This document shows, piece after piece, positions 37,766 through 48,014 of a DNA stretch of 64,000 nt; positions within the stretch are counted from its first letter, which is position 1; each line of letters begins with the position of its first letter. Source of the DNA: Candidatus Schekmanbacteria bacterium (lineage in GTDB: Bacteria; Schekmanbacteria; GWA2-38-11; J061). Location of the stretch: positions 372,294 through 436,293 of the forward strand of contig JACRJM010000007.1 of NCBI GenBank assembly GCA_016219965.1, written 5' to 3'. Both the position numbers and the translations under genes were made by a program. Under the pieces are notes generated by a model. The model did not search any database and was not told the origin of the DNA. It saw only the letters and a list, made by a program, of their open reading frames with translations.

Positions 37766-38530
37766 ATGATAGATATTCATTGCCATATATTGCCTTCCAT
37801 AGATGACGGTCCTGACAATATTGACGAGTCAATTGAAATGGCTAAAATTGCCGAAGCCGACGGCATAAAAAAAATAGTTGCTACCCCACATCAGCTCGAA
37901 GGCCTGTACCAGCCCAAACCGGATTATATCCTTGCTAAAATAGAAGAGCTGAACAATCTGTTAACAGACAGGGGGTGCAATGTTGAAATCCTTCCCGGTT
38001 CCGATGCGCACATTTCCCATGATCTAATAAGCAAGATCGAGTCAAATGAAGTTTTTACGCTAAACCGGAAAAACCACATTCTCCTTGAGTTTCCAAATCA
38101 GTTTGTATCCGAAAGGATAAAAGAGCTTTTATCAAGTCTTATTTTAAAACGGATCACACCTGTAATCAGCCATCCTGAAAGAAATTTGATGTTTCAGCGC
38201 AACCCGAACCTTCTGTTTGAAATGATAGGAATCGGAGCGCTTTCTCAGATAACCGCAATGAGTGTGATTGGAGAATTTGGATATGATGCAAAAAAATCGG
38301 CAAAAAAATTCATCTCCCACAGGATGGTTCATTTTGTCGCATCTGACGCACATTCATCAGTGGGAAGGACTCCTGAAATAAGCATTTGCATCAAGCATCT
38401 TAAGAAAATCATATCTGAAGATGAAGTCGAAGAGATTCTTTTTACGAACCCGGAACTCGTTATACTGGGAAAGAGCGTCTATCCGCGCCAGGCGGAAAAA
38501 ATACGATCCTTTTTTGGCCTCTTTGGGTAA
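37766..38530 (+). CDS. PHP-family protein-tyrosine phosphatase (CpsB/YwqE-like)
   Basis: N-terminal MIDIHCHILPSIDDG and downstream His-rich PHP motifs. Confidence 0.8.
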   Translation: MIDIHCHILPSIDDGPDNIDESIEMAKIAEADGIKKIVATPHQLEGLYQPKPDYILAKIEELNNLLTDRGCNVEILPGSDAHISHDLISKIESNEVFTLNRKNHILLEFPNQFVSERIKELLSSLILKRITPVISHPERNLMFQRNPNLLFEMIGIGALSQITAMSVIGEFGYDAKKSAKKFISHRMVHFVASDAHSSVGRTPEISICIKHLKKIISEDEVEEILFTNPELVILGKSVYPRQAEKIRSFFGLFG

Positions 38531-38540
38531 ATAAAAAAAA

Positions 38541-38612
38541 GGCGGCATCCGGACTCGAACCGGAGAATAACGGTTTTGCAGACCGCTGCCTTAGCCACTT
38601 GGCTATGCCGCC
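38541..38612 (-). tRNA. tRNA-Cys (GCA)
   Basis: 72-nt cloverleaf on the minus strand GGCGGCAUAGCCAAGUGGCUAAGGCAGCGGUCUGCAAAACCGU..GGUUCGAGUCCGGAUGCCGCC; anticodon loop CUGCAAA. Confidence 0.9.
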
Positions 38613-38642
38613 GGATTGATTTCTTTCTGCCAAAAAGCAAAA

Positions 38643-38719
<77 letters not shown>

Positions 38720-38801
38720 AATAATGCAAAAAGAGATAATACAAATTCAAAGCCGTTTGTCAATCGGAAAGGGAAGCCCTAGAGTTTTCAACATTATTTC
38801 T

Positions 38802-40286
38802 TCATAGCTTGAAAATAATTATTTTTGTGTCTTGATAGCTGATTAGATACTTCGCAGCTAAAAATTTTCCAATAGGGCTAACTTTTAAAAAGTTTTTACT
38901 ATTATTTTCTTTTTTCTCAAAGGACATCACAAGAAATGCCGTGCCATTATCACTATTGTGCTTAATCCATTTCTTATTTAGCTTGCTTAAGGAGTGATGG
39001 ACTGTCTTTCTTTCACAGTAATACGTAAACTGAACCCACCTCGGTTTATCATTTACAAAAGCAACAAGTGAATCCCGCTGTGCTATTCTCTGTGTTATCA
39101 TACCTGCCTTGAGAGTTTGCTCGGAATGGAGCCTGTAATAATTTTTCACATAGACCGGAACAAGACAACAGAAAAAAAACAGAATTACTGCGACAAATGC
39201 AGTCCGGAACCGTTCGTATTTTCCAGTTTTCTGAAAGAAAACTGAAATCCAGCCAGCAGAGTAGTATATAAAAGCACCGATCATAATTGAAGCCGGCACC
39301 ATAAGAGGAACCTGATAATAATTATGCTTCATGCTTCCACGCGCAAACATGATAATAAAGACAAACATCCCGACCATCCATGCTTTAATATACCCTTGCT
39401 CCGGCTTCTCTTTTCTCAAAAAAATTCCACCTGCAAATAATAATAAACCAAGGGGAGTTAACGCATTCAAAAACATCTCAAAGATTGTAAGATAGAAACG
39501 CGGATCAATCAGAATATGAATATCAGCAAAACGCCAGGTGCCGCTCCCTTCGCTTCCGAAGATAGTTATCCCGCTCCATTTATAAGTCCAATAAGAATGT
39601 AAATACCATAAGATATTTGGAACAAGGACAATGATGGAGAAAATGACAGCTTTAGAGCTCAACAATCTTCTCTTCCTGTACCAGATGTATGCAAGCGGGA
39701 TTGCAAGATATACTGCTGCCATAAGCTTTATCAACAATGCCAGGCTTGCTGCAACCGCCGAGAACAGGAAATATCTGTTTTTCTCTTTTTCACTCCACAT
39801 TATGGAATAGAAAATTGAACATGTGGTGAAGAAAGAGAGCATCGGTTCGGGTATAAAAGCCCTGGTGAAAAAAAGATTGAGAGGAAGTATGGAGAATGAA
39901 AAAGAAGCTAAAAGAGCTATTTCCTGATTCCATAACTTCCTCGTAAGCTTATAGATAAACAATAAAGTTATGGTAAAAAAAAAGATTGATATCAATCTTC
40001 CCAAGTATTCATTTACACCGAAAAGCTTATAAAGCAGGGCAACAGCATAAGGATAAATAGGAAATTCTGTTTGTGCGTAGCCGGAAGATTTGCCTGCCCA
40101 GTCAACCTGAGGATAGAGAAAATTCATCCCATTATTAGAAAAATTCCTGGCTATCATAGCTCTGTTCGTTTGTCTCCAAGCATGTTCATCTGCAATTGGA
40201 TTGTCGATGCAAATAAAACGTATAGAAACAGAAAAGATGATAATCAGAATAAGAGCATAATTTGCTTTTTCTCTTGTCAGTAACAT
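38802..40286 (-). CDS. GT-C-type membrane glycosyltransferase (family 39/ArnT/PMT-like)
   Basis: 494 aa, many TM helices; N-terminal loop DNPIADEHAWRQ fits the GT39 acidic-loop pattern. Confidence 0.65.
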   Translation of the reverse strand: MLLTREKANYALILIIIFSVSIRFICIDNPIADEHAWRQTNRAMIARNFSNNGMNFLYPQVDWAGKSSGYAQTEFPIYPYAVALLYKLFGVNEYLGRLISIFFFTITLLFIYKLTRKLWNQEIALLASFSFSILPLNLFFTRAFIPEPMLSFFTTCSIFYSIMWSEKEKNRYFLFSAVAASLALLIKLMAAVYLAIPLAYIWYRKRRLLSSKAVIFSIIVLVPNILWYLHSYWTYKWSGITIFGSEGSGTWRFADIHILIDPRFYLTIFEMFLNALTPLGLLLFAGGIFLRKEKPEQGYIKAWMVGMFVFIIMFARGSMKHNYYQVPLMVPASIMIGAFIYYSAGWISVFFQKTGKYERFRTAFVAVILFFFCCLVPVYVKNYYRLHSEQTLKAGMITQRIAQRDSLVAFVNDKPRWVQFTYYCERKTVHHSLSKLNKKWIKHNSDNGTAFLVMSFEKKENNSKNFLKVSPIGKFLAAKYLISYQDTKIIIFKL

Positions 40287-40416
40287 TATTTATTTTTTAT
40301 ATGCTAAAATTTAGACTTCACAAATCAATATTTGCTGGAAATATTTTTTTACATTATATTTGATTCTAGTTTACACGGGAATCACAAAGATAAGCGGAAT
40401 GACATTATTTTTTGCA

Positions 40417-41658
40417 CTAATCGAAGCGCAGCACCTCCGCCGGATTAAGCTTCGAAGCATACTTAGACGGATAAAGCGTAGAAAGAAATGAAAGCGCAAG
40501 GCTTGAAACAATAATTAGTGCCACTGTGAGCGGTTCAACATCAACCGGTATTTTAGAGGTATAAAAAACCGTGTCATCAAGCTTCACTATCTCATACTTT
40601 TCGAGCAGAAATGAAAGTAAGAGTCCCAGCCCTGAACCTGCAAATGTCCCTATAAACCCTGTAAGCAGACCTTCAATCATGAATATCCTCATTATCTCGC
40701 GGCTTGATGCGCCAATTGATTTAAGGATTGCCACATCACCTCTTTTCTCGATAACCATCATTATTAGAGTATTCGCCACATTGAAGACTGCCACTATGAC
40801 GATTAAAAGCAGGATTGAAAACATGGCTATCTTTTCAAGCTTAAGCGCCGCGAAGAGATGTTTGTTCATCTCCTCCCATGTGCGCACCCTCATATTTTGT
40901 AGTGAACCGGAAAGCACAGAGGCTGTCTCACCAGCGCTGAAGATATCCTTAAGCTCTATATCAATATTCGTTACAGAGTTTGAAATGCCGAGCAGGTCGC
41001 GTGCATCATTTATATCTATATAGGCGGTCGCCATGTCATACTGATAAATGCCGCTCTGGAAAATTCCTTTTACGCGGAACTTCCTTACCGTGGGCACATT
41101 GCCAAAAGGGGTAACTCTTCCTTCGGGAAGCATTATGCGCACCATGTCGCCAGTTGAGACTGCAAGGCTTCTTGCAAGTTCCCGCCCCATGATTATTCCT
41201 TTATCATTTCCACTATTATTTTCAGAAGACTTGATGCTCTCTGCAATTGCCGAAGACGTTATCTTCTCTATTCTCTCCCTGCTAAAAGCATCAGAAGAAT
41301 CAATACCTGTGAGCTCAAGTCCCGTTGCACCTGAAATACTTAAAGCCATAGCCTGTGTCCTTATGACCGGATAAACTCCCTTTATGCCGCGAAATCCCTT
41401 TGCTTTTTTAACAACATCTTCCCAGTGGTCTATCAATCCTCCGCCCGACTTCTGTATCATGATGTGGGGTTGGGCAATCAGAATCTTTTCCCTTAAATCC
41501 CTCTGAAAGCCGTTCATCACGGAGATTATTATTATGAGGGCCATGACGCCTATAGTTATTCCAAGGACCGAGATAAGGGAAATAGCAGAGAGAAGCCTGT
41601 TCCTCTTCTTTCCCTTAAAATATCTCAAAGCCAGAAAAAGATCGCATCTAAAACTCAC
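40417..41658 (-). CDS. Lipoprotein-release ABC permease LolC/LolE family (FtsX-like domain)
   Basis: N-terminal TM, large periplasmic domain, C-terminal three-TM FtsX-like module; typical LolC/E length. Confidence 0.8.
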   Translation of the reverse strand: MSFRCDLFLALRYFKGKKRNRLLSAISLISVLGITIGVMALIIIISVMNGFQRDLREKILIAQPHIMIQKSGGGLIDHWEDVVKKAKGFRGIKGVYPVIRTQAMALSISGATGLELTGIDSSDAFSRERIEKITSSAIAESIKSSENNSGNDKGIIMGRELARSLAVSTGDMVRIMLPEGRVTPFGNVPTVRKFRVKGIFQSGIYQYDMATAYIDINDARDLLGISNSVTNIDIELKDIFSAGETASVLSGSLQNMRVRTWEEMNKHLFAALKLEKIAMFSILLLIVIVAVFNVANTLIMMVIEKRGDVAILKSIGASSREIMRIFMIEGLLTGFIGTFAGSGLGLLLSFLLEKYEIVKLDDTVFYTSKIPVDVEPLTVALIIVSSLALSFLSTLYPSKYASKLNPAEVLRFD

Positions 41659-41679
41659 GGTATGTTCCTCCTGCTAATC

Positions 41680-42894
41680 CTATTCATATCTTAAAAGCTC
41701 GACAGGGTTAAGTTTTGAAGCCTGCCACGCAGGGAAGAGGGAGAAAAAAAGGCTCACTGCAAGAGAGTATATGGATATGAGTCCGAAAGTCACAGGATTG
41801 ATTGATACAGGAAGAGTCTTTAAAAAATAAACAGTATAGTCAATCTTTATGAATGGATAGACCTTAAGCAGATAACAGCATAGAAGTCCTATGATATTCC
41901 CTGCCACCGTACCGCATATGCCTATCACCGCTCCCTTTATCAGAAAAAGCTTTAGAAGGGCACGCTTTGAAGCGCCTACAGATTTTAAGACTGCTATGTC
42001 GCGTCTTCTTTCAAGGACGCTTATGAGAAGAGTGCTCATTATGTTGAATGACGCAACAACAAGGATTAGCATTACTATTATGAAAAGCATTACCTTCTGC
42101 ACATAAAGGGCTGAAAAAAGATTGCGGTTCATCTTGCGCCAGTCGTTCATGTGATAGGGAAACGGGAACTTTGCTGACAGGGGTTCCAGGATAGAAGCGA
42201 CCTTCTCTGGGTCATCAAGCCTTATCTCAATTGCAGAAGCCTTTCCTTCTGCGCCAATTATGTTTCCTACGGTATCTATATCACCGTAGGCAAGGTTCAA
42301 ATCCCACTCGTACATCCCGCTTTCAAATATGCCCGCTACAACAAATGTGAATACTCGCGGCATGACAGTGCCTCCTCCCATTCCACGGGGAATAAGGCAG
42401 TTTACTTCGCCTCCCGGAATAACGCCCAGCTCATCAGCCAGTTCCTTTCCGAGGATTATCTTTTTCGCTCCTCCTGTAAAATTCTTATCAGCAAGATCAA
42501 GCCTTGAGAATTTCCTTATTACGTCAAGATAGGAAGGCTCCACTCCTTTAAGCACTATTCCTCTTTTCCCCTTAGAAGTTGAAAGCATTGCCTGAAGATA
42601 AAAAAATGGGTCAGCCCGTGAGACTCCGGGCTCGCTTGATATTGTGTTTGCAACATTCTGATAGCCGGAGATTAATCCGTTATCCGCTGCTTTGAACATG
42701 ATTATATGGGAATTGGATCCGAGGATCTTGTTCTTCATCTCCGCCTCATAGCCGTCTATTACTGAGATGACTATGAGGAGTACGGCAACGCCGAGCGCAA
42801 CACCAGCCGCTGACACAATGGTGATAATGGAAAGGAACCTGTTCCCCTCTTTTCCTTTGAGGAAACGAAACCCGACAAAGGTTTCAAATGACAT
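41680..42894 (-). CDS. Lipoprotein-release ABC permease LolC/LolE family (paralog)
   Basis: Same architecture as the 40417-41658 gene. Confidence 0.8.
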   Translation of the reverse strand: MSFETFVGFRFLKGKEGNRFLSIITIVSAAGVALGVAVLLIVISVIDGYEAEMKNKILGSNSHIIMFKAADNGLISGYQNVANTISSEPGVSRADPFFYLQAMLSTSKGKRGIVLKGVEPSYLDVIRKFSRLDLADKNFTGGAKKIILGKELADELGVIPGGEVNCLIPRGMGGGTVMPRVFTFVVAGIFESGMYEWDLNLAYGDIDTVGNIIGAEGKASAIEIRLDDPEKVASILEPLSAKFPFPYHMNDWRKMNRNLFSALYVQKVMLFIIVMLILVVASFNIMSTLLISVLERRRDIAVLKSVGASKRALLKLFLIKGAVIGICGTVAGNIIGLLCCYLLKVYPFIKIDYTVYFLKTLPVSINPVTFGLISIYSLAVSLFFSLFPAWQASKLNPVELLRYE

Positions 42895-42897
42895 GGC

Positions 42898-44397
42898 TTA
42901 ATTCTCAGGCTTTAGCTGCGGGAAAAATATCACATCCCTGATTGACGGGGAGCCGGTAAGTATCATTACAAGCCTGTCTATCCCTATTCCTTCTCCGGCA
43001 GTGGGAGGCATCCCGTATTCAAGGGCCCTTACATAATCATGGTCCATCTGATGAGCTTCTTCGTCTCCCTCCTGTCTTTCGCGAACCTGTTCCTGAAACC
43101 TCTCGAACTGGTCAATAGGATCGTTAAGTTCGCTGAAAGCATTGGCAAGCTCAAAGCCGGCAATGTACAACTCAAACCTCTCGACTATCGTTGTATCGCT
43201 GTCCTTCCTTCTCGAAAGAGGAGAAACCTCAACAGGAAAATCATAGATGAATGTCGGGTTGATAAGCTTTGGTTCAACGACAGTCTCGAATATGGAGAGT
43301 ATTATCTTCCCAAGCGTAGTTCCTTTTTCAAGTTTTATGCCAAGTTCACCAGCCTCGGCAGAAGCAGACCTAATGTCAGAAAGTTTTTCTCTTGTTATCC
43401 CGGTATGCTTTTCTATAGCCTCGAACATGGTCATTCGCGTCCACGGTGGAGAAAGGTTTATCTCATTTCCTTCAAAGGGAAATTTCAAATCATCAGAAAT
43501 AGTCTTAGCCACTGTTGATATGAGACGCTCCGTAAAATCCATGAGCCCTGTATAGGTCTGGTAAGCATGGTAAAATTCCATCATTGTAAACTCAGGGTTG
43601 TGATGGGTGGAAATACCCTCATTCCTGAAGTTCCTGTTTATCTCGTATATCCTGTGAAAGCCTCCTACCACGAGCCTTTTCAAATAAAGCTCGGGCGCAA
43701 TGCGGAGATAAAGGTCCATGCCGAGCGCGTTGTGATGTGTCTTAAACGGACGCGCTGCCGCACCTCCCGGGATAGACTGCATCATCGGAGTCTCAACCTC
43801 AAGGAAGCCGCTGTCATCCATGAATTTTCTTATATTTTTTATGATAAGGCACCGTTTCTCAAAGACCTCTTTCACTTCCGGATTTGCAATCAGGTCAACA
43901 TAACGCTGGCGATAGCGTATCTCAATATTCTTTAATCCATGCCACTTTTCAGGCAATGGTCTCAAACTCTTAGTGAGAATCCTTACCTTTGTACACCATA
44001 TGGTAAGCTCCCCTGTCTTTGTCCTGAAGACCTTTCCCGTTGCACCTACAAAATCTCCGATATCAAAATATTTTTTGGCAAACTGATAGTCTTCTTCTCC
44101 AAGGTCGTTGAAGCGGAGCATTATCTGGATTTTCCCTGATGAGTCCTGTATATGGGCAAAGGTGGTTTTCCCCATGACGCGCATGGTCAAAATCCTTCCT
44201 GCAACAGAAAGCGGTGGGCTGACATCATCCGACTCTTCAGGTTTCAAATCAGCATATTTAGCTACAATGCCGCTTACCAGAAGGTCCGAGACAAAATCAT
44301 TAGGGAAGGGATTTATCCCCTTCTCTCTGAGCTCCGCAAGCTTCTCTTTGCGTTTCGCTATCAGTTCATTTTCTTCAGTCACTACTTTTTCTCCCAT
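42898..44397 (-). CDS. lysS: Lysine--tRNA ligase (class II)
   Basis: OB-fold anticodon-binding N-terminus plus class II motifs (FLEVETPMMQ.., NFRNEGISTHHNPEFTMMEFY). Confidence 0.95.
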   Translation of the reverse strand: MGEKVVTEENELIAKRKEKLAELREKGINPFPNDFVSDLLVSGIVAKYADLKPEESDDVSPPLSVAGRILTMRVMGKTTFAHIQDSSGKIQIMLRFNDLGEEDYQFAKKYFDIGDFVGATGKVFRTKTGELTIWCTKVRILTKSLRPLPEKWHGLKNIEIRYRQRYVDLIANPEVKEVFEKRCLIIKNIRKFMDDSGFLEVETPMMQSIPGGAAARPFKTHHNALGMDLYLRIAPELYLKRLVVGGFHRIYEINRNFRNEGISTHHNPEFTMMEFYHAYQTYTGLMDFTERLISTVAKTISDDLKFPFEGNEINLSPPWTRMTMFEAIEKHTGITREKLSDIRSASAEAGELGIKLEKGTTLGKIILSIFETVVEPKLINPTFIYDFPVEVSPLSRRKDSDTTIVERFELYIAGFELANAFSELNDPIDQFERFQEQVRERQEGDEEAHQMDHDYVRALEYGMPPTAGEGIGIDRLVMILTGSPSIRDVIFFPQLKPEN

Positions 44398-44458
44398 GAA
44401 TAAAATGAATAAATTTCTTCGCTGTATTTTAACTTATTTGCAGATCAGATAAAACCAA

Positions 44459-45569
44459 TTACCCTTGCTTATTTCCTGAAAACTTTAAAAGGTATGTGTC
44501 TATAAACTTGTCTAACTCTCCATCAAGGACAGCGTCAGCATTGCCTGTTTCAACGTCAGTGCGGTGGTCCTTTACCATCCTGTAAGGGTGGAGCACATAA
44601 GACCTTATCTGGCTCCCCCATGCAATATCTTTTTTCTGGCTGTGGAACTCGTCCATCTTCTCTTTATCCTGTTCAAGCTTCAGCTCATAGAGCTTGGACC
44701 TCAATATCTTCATCGCCGTAACCTTGTTCTGATACTGCGACCTTTCGTTCTGGCAGGCGACAACTATATTGGTAGGAAGATGGGTTATCCTCACCGCAGT
44801 GTCTGATTTGTTTACATGCTGGCCTCCCGCACCTCCTGCCCTGAATGTATCAACTTTGAGTTCGTCATCCTTTATCTCGATCTCAGCATCATCTTCAATT
44901 TCTGGAATAACAAATACGGACACAAAGGAAGTGTGACGCCTTTTATTGGCATCAAAGGGAGATATCCTTACAAGCCTGTGTACGCCGCTTTCAGCTTTAA
45001 GATATCCATAGGCATACTCTCCCTTGATGGAGATAGTTGCGCTTTTAACACCCGCCTCTTCTCCGGGGAGCATGTCGTTTATCTCGACCGAATATCCTCT
45101 TCTCTCTGCCCATCTTATGTACATCCGCATCAGCATCTGCGCCCAGTCCTGCGACTCGGTGCCGCCTGCGCCCGGGTGAATGGTTAGAATGGCATTGCTT
45201 GAATCATGCTCACCCGAGAGGATGAATTTGAGTTCGCTTTTGGAAAGTTCTTCTTCAAGTGCGGCTATCTCAACGGCAAGCTCTTTTTCCATGACTTCAT
45301 CAGGCTCGCTGCGCACAAGCTCGTAGAGTTCTGAGGCATCCTTGTATCTTCTCCAGAGTTTGTCCCATTCCTGGACAACCCTGTCTATCCCTTTTCGTTC
45401 AGCAAGGATTTTCTTTGCCCCCTCCTTGTCCTGCCAGAAATCACCGGTGCCTATAAGGCCCTCAAGCTCTTCAAGACGGATTTTCTTGGATGGGAGGTCA
45501 AAGATGCCTCCCGAGATCATCTATTCTGCGCGCGATGTTCTCTATCATCTGTATTGTGCCGTATTCCAT
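44459..45569 (-). CDS. prfB: Peptide chain release factor 2, expressed via programmed +1 ribosomal frameshift
   Basis: GGQ motif (GAGGQHVN) and RF2-specific SPF motif; 23-codon frame-0 leader MEYGTIQMIENIARRIDDLGRHL ends at CTT TGA C (45503-45497) preceded by the internal SD-like GGGAGG; +1 frame continues DLPSKKI.. Confidence 0.9.
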
Positions 45570-45586
45570 AAACTGCTAATCCCTTC

Positions 45587-46381
45587 TCATCTTAAAAATA
45601 TTATACATATATACCATACAGGCGCTGTAAAAAGAAGCGCATCTATTCTGTCGAGTATCCCTCCATGCCCGGGGAAGATTGAGCCTGAATCCTTTACCCC
45701 AACACCTCTTTTAATGATTGATTCAAGAAGGTCGCCGGCAGTGGCTGAAACGGAAATCGCTATTCCGAAAATAACGGCCTGCCACAAGGCAATTATGCCG
45801 ATCCCCCACCATATGAGGAAAGCCGCAATAGTCAGCAATATCCCCCCCATGAGTCCCTCAATGGTCTTGTTAGGGCTTATAAGAGGAGCAAGTTTTCTTC
45901 TCCCGAATTTTTTCCCGGCAAGATAAGCGCCTGTATCGCTTGCCCATGTTGCCATGAGGAGTATGTATATGAAACTCAACCCGCCGTCTATTCTTCTGAT
46001 GTTAATCAAACATCCAACAGGGAAAGTTATATAAACAATGCTGAACAGGGAAAAAACAACGGAATAAACAGAATTCATAGGGCCTTTGTAAAAAACCATC
46101 TTCAGAACCGAGACGATTATGACGCATAAAAAATATGAAAGCAGGACAAGCCATATTCTTCCGCTGTAAAAACCATAACAGGCTCCGACTCCGCATAACA
46201 TGACCGGAGCTAAAGACAGATCAACTTCAAGATTCTTAAAAAGGGTCTTTAATTCATAAAGAGAAATGATGCTGACCAGGGTGACAATAATGGAAAATAC
46301 CGCAAAGCCCCCAAATTCAAGGAGGAGCATGAGCGCTGCCACCAATATGAGGGCTGTCGTGTACCTTCTGATTTCGCTCAT
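45587..46381 (-). CDS. cdsA: Phosphatidate cytidylyltransferase
   Basis: Polytopic membrane protein with C-terminal CTP-transferase signature (ASDTGAYLAGKKFGRRKLAPLISPNKTIEG). Confidence 0.9.
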   Translation of the reverse strand: MSEIRRYTTALILVAALMLLLEFGGFAVFSIIVTLVSIISLYELKTLFKNLEVDLSLAPVMLCGVGACYGFYSGRIWLVLLSYFLCVIIVSVLKMVFYKGPMNSVYSVVFSLFSIVYITFPVGCLINIRRIDGGLSFIYILLMATWASDTGAYLAGKKFGRRKLAPLISPNKTIEGLMGGILLTIAAFLIWWGIGIIALWQAVIFGIAISVSATAGDLLESIIKRGVGVKDSGSIFPGHGGILDRIDALLFTAPVWYICIIFLR

Positions 46382-46411
46382 AGCGCGATGATTTCTTTTA
46401 TAGGTGTAATA

Positions 46412-47161
46412 TCAGTATATGAAAACTTTTTTCTTTTCCTGTATCTGTTCACCTGTGAGCCCGAACCTTCTTTCTCTCTTTTGATAATCCTCTATGGCGG
46501 CAAACAGATGCTCTTTTTTAAAATCAGGCCAGAGGACTGGAGTGATCCATATCTCAGAGTACGCGGACTGCCAGAGAAGAAAATTGGATATCCTCATTTC
46601 CCCGCTTGTGCGTATCATAAGATCCGGGTCAGGAAGCCCGGCAGTATAAAGGTTGTCCGTTACCTCTTTCTCATCAATATCGGAGACATCAATTTCTCCA
46701 TTTTTGACCCTTGCAGCTATCTTCTTTATGGCATCAACTATCTCTGCGCGGCTGCCGTAGCTCAACGCGAGATTTAATATCATCCCATTGTTAGATGATG
46801 TCTTTGAGATAACGTTATCGAGGATAAGCCGTACATCGGAGGGGATAAGCTCAAGTCTGCCGGAAGCGATGAGCCTCACATTATTCTCCTGCATCTCTTC
46901 AAACTCTTCAATGAGGAACTGTTTTAAGAGCATCATGAGAGCCTTCACTTCGGCACGGGGTCTTTTCCAGTTTTCAAGTGAAAAAGTATACAGCGTCAGG
47001 ACATCCACATTGAGTTCCCGGCATGTCATTACGACAGTCCTCACGGTTTCCGTAGCACGTCTATGACCCTGGATGCGGTTGAGCCTCCTTTGCTTTGCCC
47101 ACCTTCCGTTCCCATCCATAATAATAGCAATATGTGACGGGATTTTCCGCTCTCCTTGCAC
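46412..47161 (-). CDS. uppS: Undecaprenyl diphosphate synthase
   Basis: HIAIIMDGNGRWAKQRRL.. motif. Confidence 0.9.
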   Translation of the reverse strand: MQGERKIPSHIAIIMDGNGRWAKQRRLNRIQGHRRATETVRTVVMTCRELNVDVLTLYTFSLENWKRPRAEVKALMMLLKQFLIEEFEEMQENNVRLIASGRLELIPSDVRLILDNVISKTSSNNGMILNLALSYGSRAEIVDAIKKIAARVKNGEIDVSDIDEKEVTDNLYTAGLPDPDLMIRTSGEMRISNFLLWQSAYSEIWITPVLWPDFKKEHLFAAIEDYQKRERRFGLTGEQIQEKKKVFIY

Positions 47162-47242
47162 TTTCTCAGTCCCCCATAAAGAAAGTCAAAAAGGGCGAAG
47201 AAAATTCAACCTTCTTCGCCCTCCTGATATATTTGCCTTGCT

Positions 47243-47431
47243 TCACGCCCCTGGCTTAATAGCATCAACCGGGCAAGACTCAACACATGTAGCGCAATCC
47301 GTACATGAATCATTGATTTTATATACATCTCCAGCTTCTTCGATAGCCTGAACAGGACATACCTCTGCACATGTCCCGCATGCGATACATTCATCTGTAA
47401 TTACGTGCATTGCATTTCCACCTCCTTCCAA
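47243..47431 (-). CDS. 2x[4Fe-4S] ferredoxin
   Basis: Two CxxCxxCxxxCP motifs in 62 aa (CIACGTCAEVCP and CTDCATCVESCP). Confidence 0.8.
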   Translation of the reverse strand: MEGGGNAMHVITDECIACGTCAEVCPVQAIEEAGDVYKINDSCTDCATCVESCPVDAIKPGA

Positions 47432-47452
47432 ATATCTTTTAAATTAACAAAA

Positions 47453-48010
47453 TCAAAACTTCATTATTTCATCTTCTTTGTTCTTCAGAATATCATCTAT
47501 TTTTTTAATATATTTGTCTGTCAGCTTTTGCATCTCATCATGCGCTCTGGTGTAATCATCTTTAGAAATTTTACTATCTTTTTCAAGCTTTTTAAGTTTC
47601 TCGTTCCCGTCCCTTCGTTCATTCCGGACTGTCACCCTTTCACGTTCCGCTATCTTTCTCACAAGCTTTACAAGTTCATGCCTTCTTTCCTCGGTAAGCT
47701 CAGGAACAGGCAGACGTATGACCTTGCCGTCACTGCTCGGTGTAAGCCCGAGGTCTGATTTCATTATCGCCCTCTCTATCTCGGGAATGACAGTAGGGTC
47801 CCAGGGTTGGAGAACGACAAGGCGGTTCTCAGGGATAGATATGGTCGCTACCTGATTAAGGGGAGTCCGTGTGTTGTAGTAGTTGACTTTTATTCCCTCA
47901 AAAAGGGTGACGCTAGCCCTTCCTGTCCTCACTCCTCCAAACTCCTTGACAAGAAAATTAAACGACTTTTCCATTAATTGTTCTACTTCATGCATGACTT
48001 CTTTATACAT
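47453..48010 (-). CDS. frr: Ribosome recycling factor
   Basis: 185 aa with typical RRF sequence. Confidence 0.95.
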   Translation of the reverse strand: MYKEVMHEVEQLMEKSFNFLVKEFGGVRTGRASVTLFEGIKVNYYNTRTPLNQVATISIPENRLVVLQPWDPTVIPEIERAIMKSDLGLTPSSDGKVIRLPVPELTEERRHELVKLVRKIAERERVTVRNERRDGNEKLKKLEKDSKISKDDYTRAHDEMQKLTDKYIKKIDDILKNKEDEIMKF

Positions 48011-48014
48011 GGTA

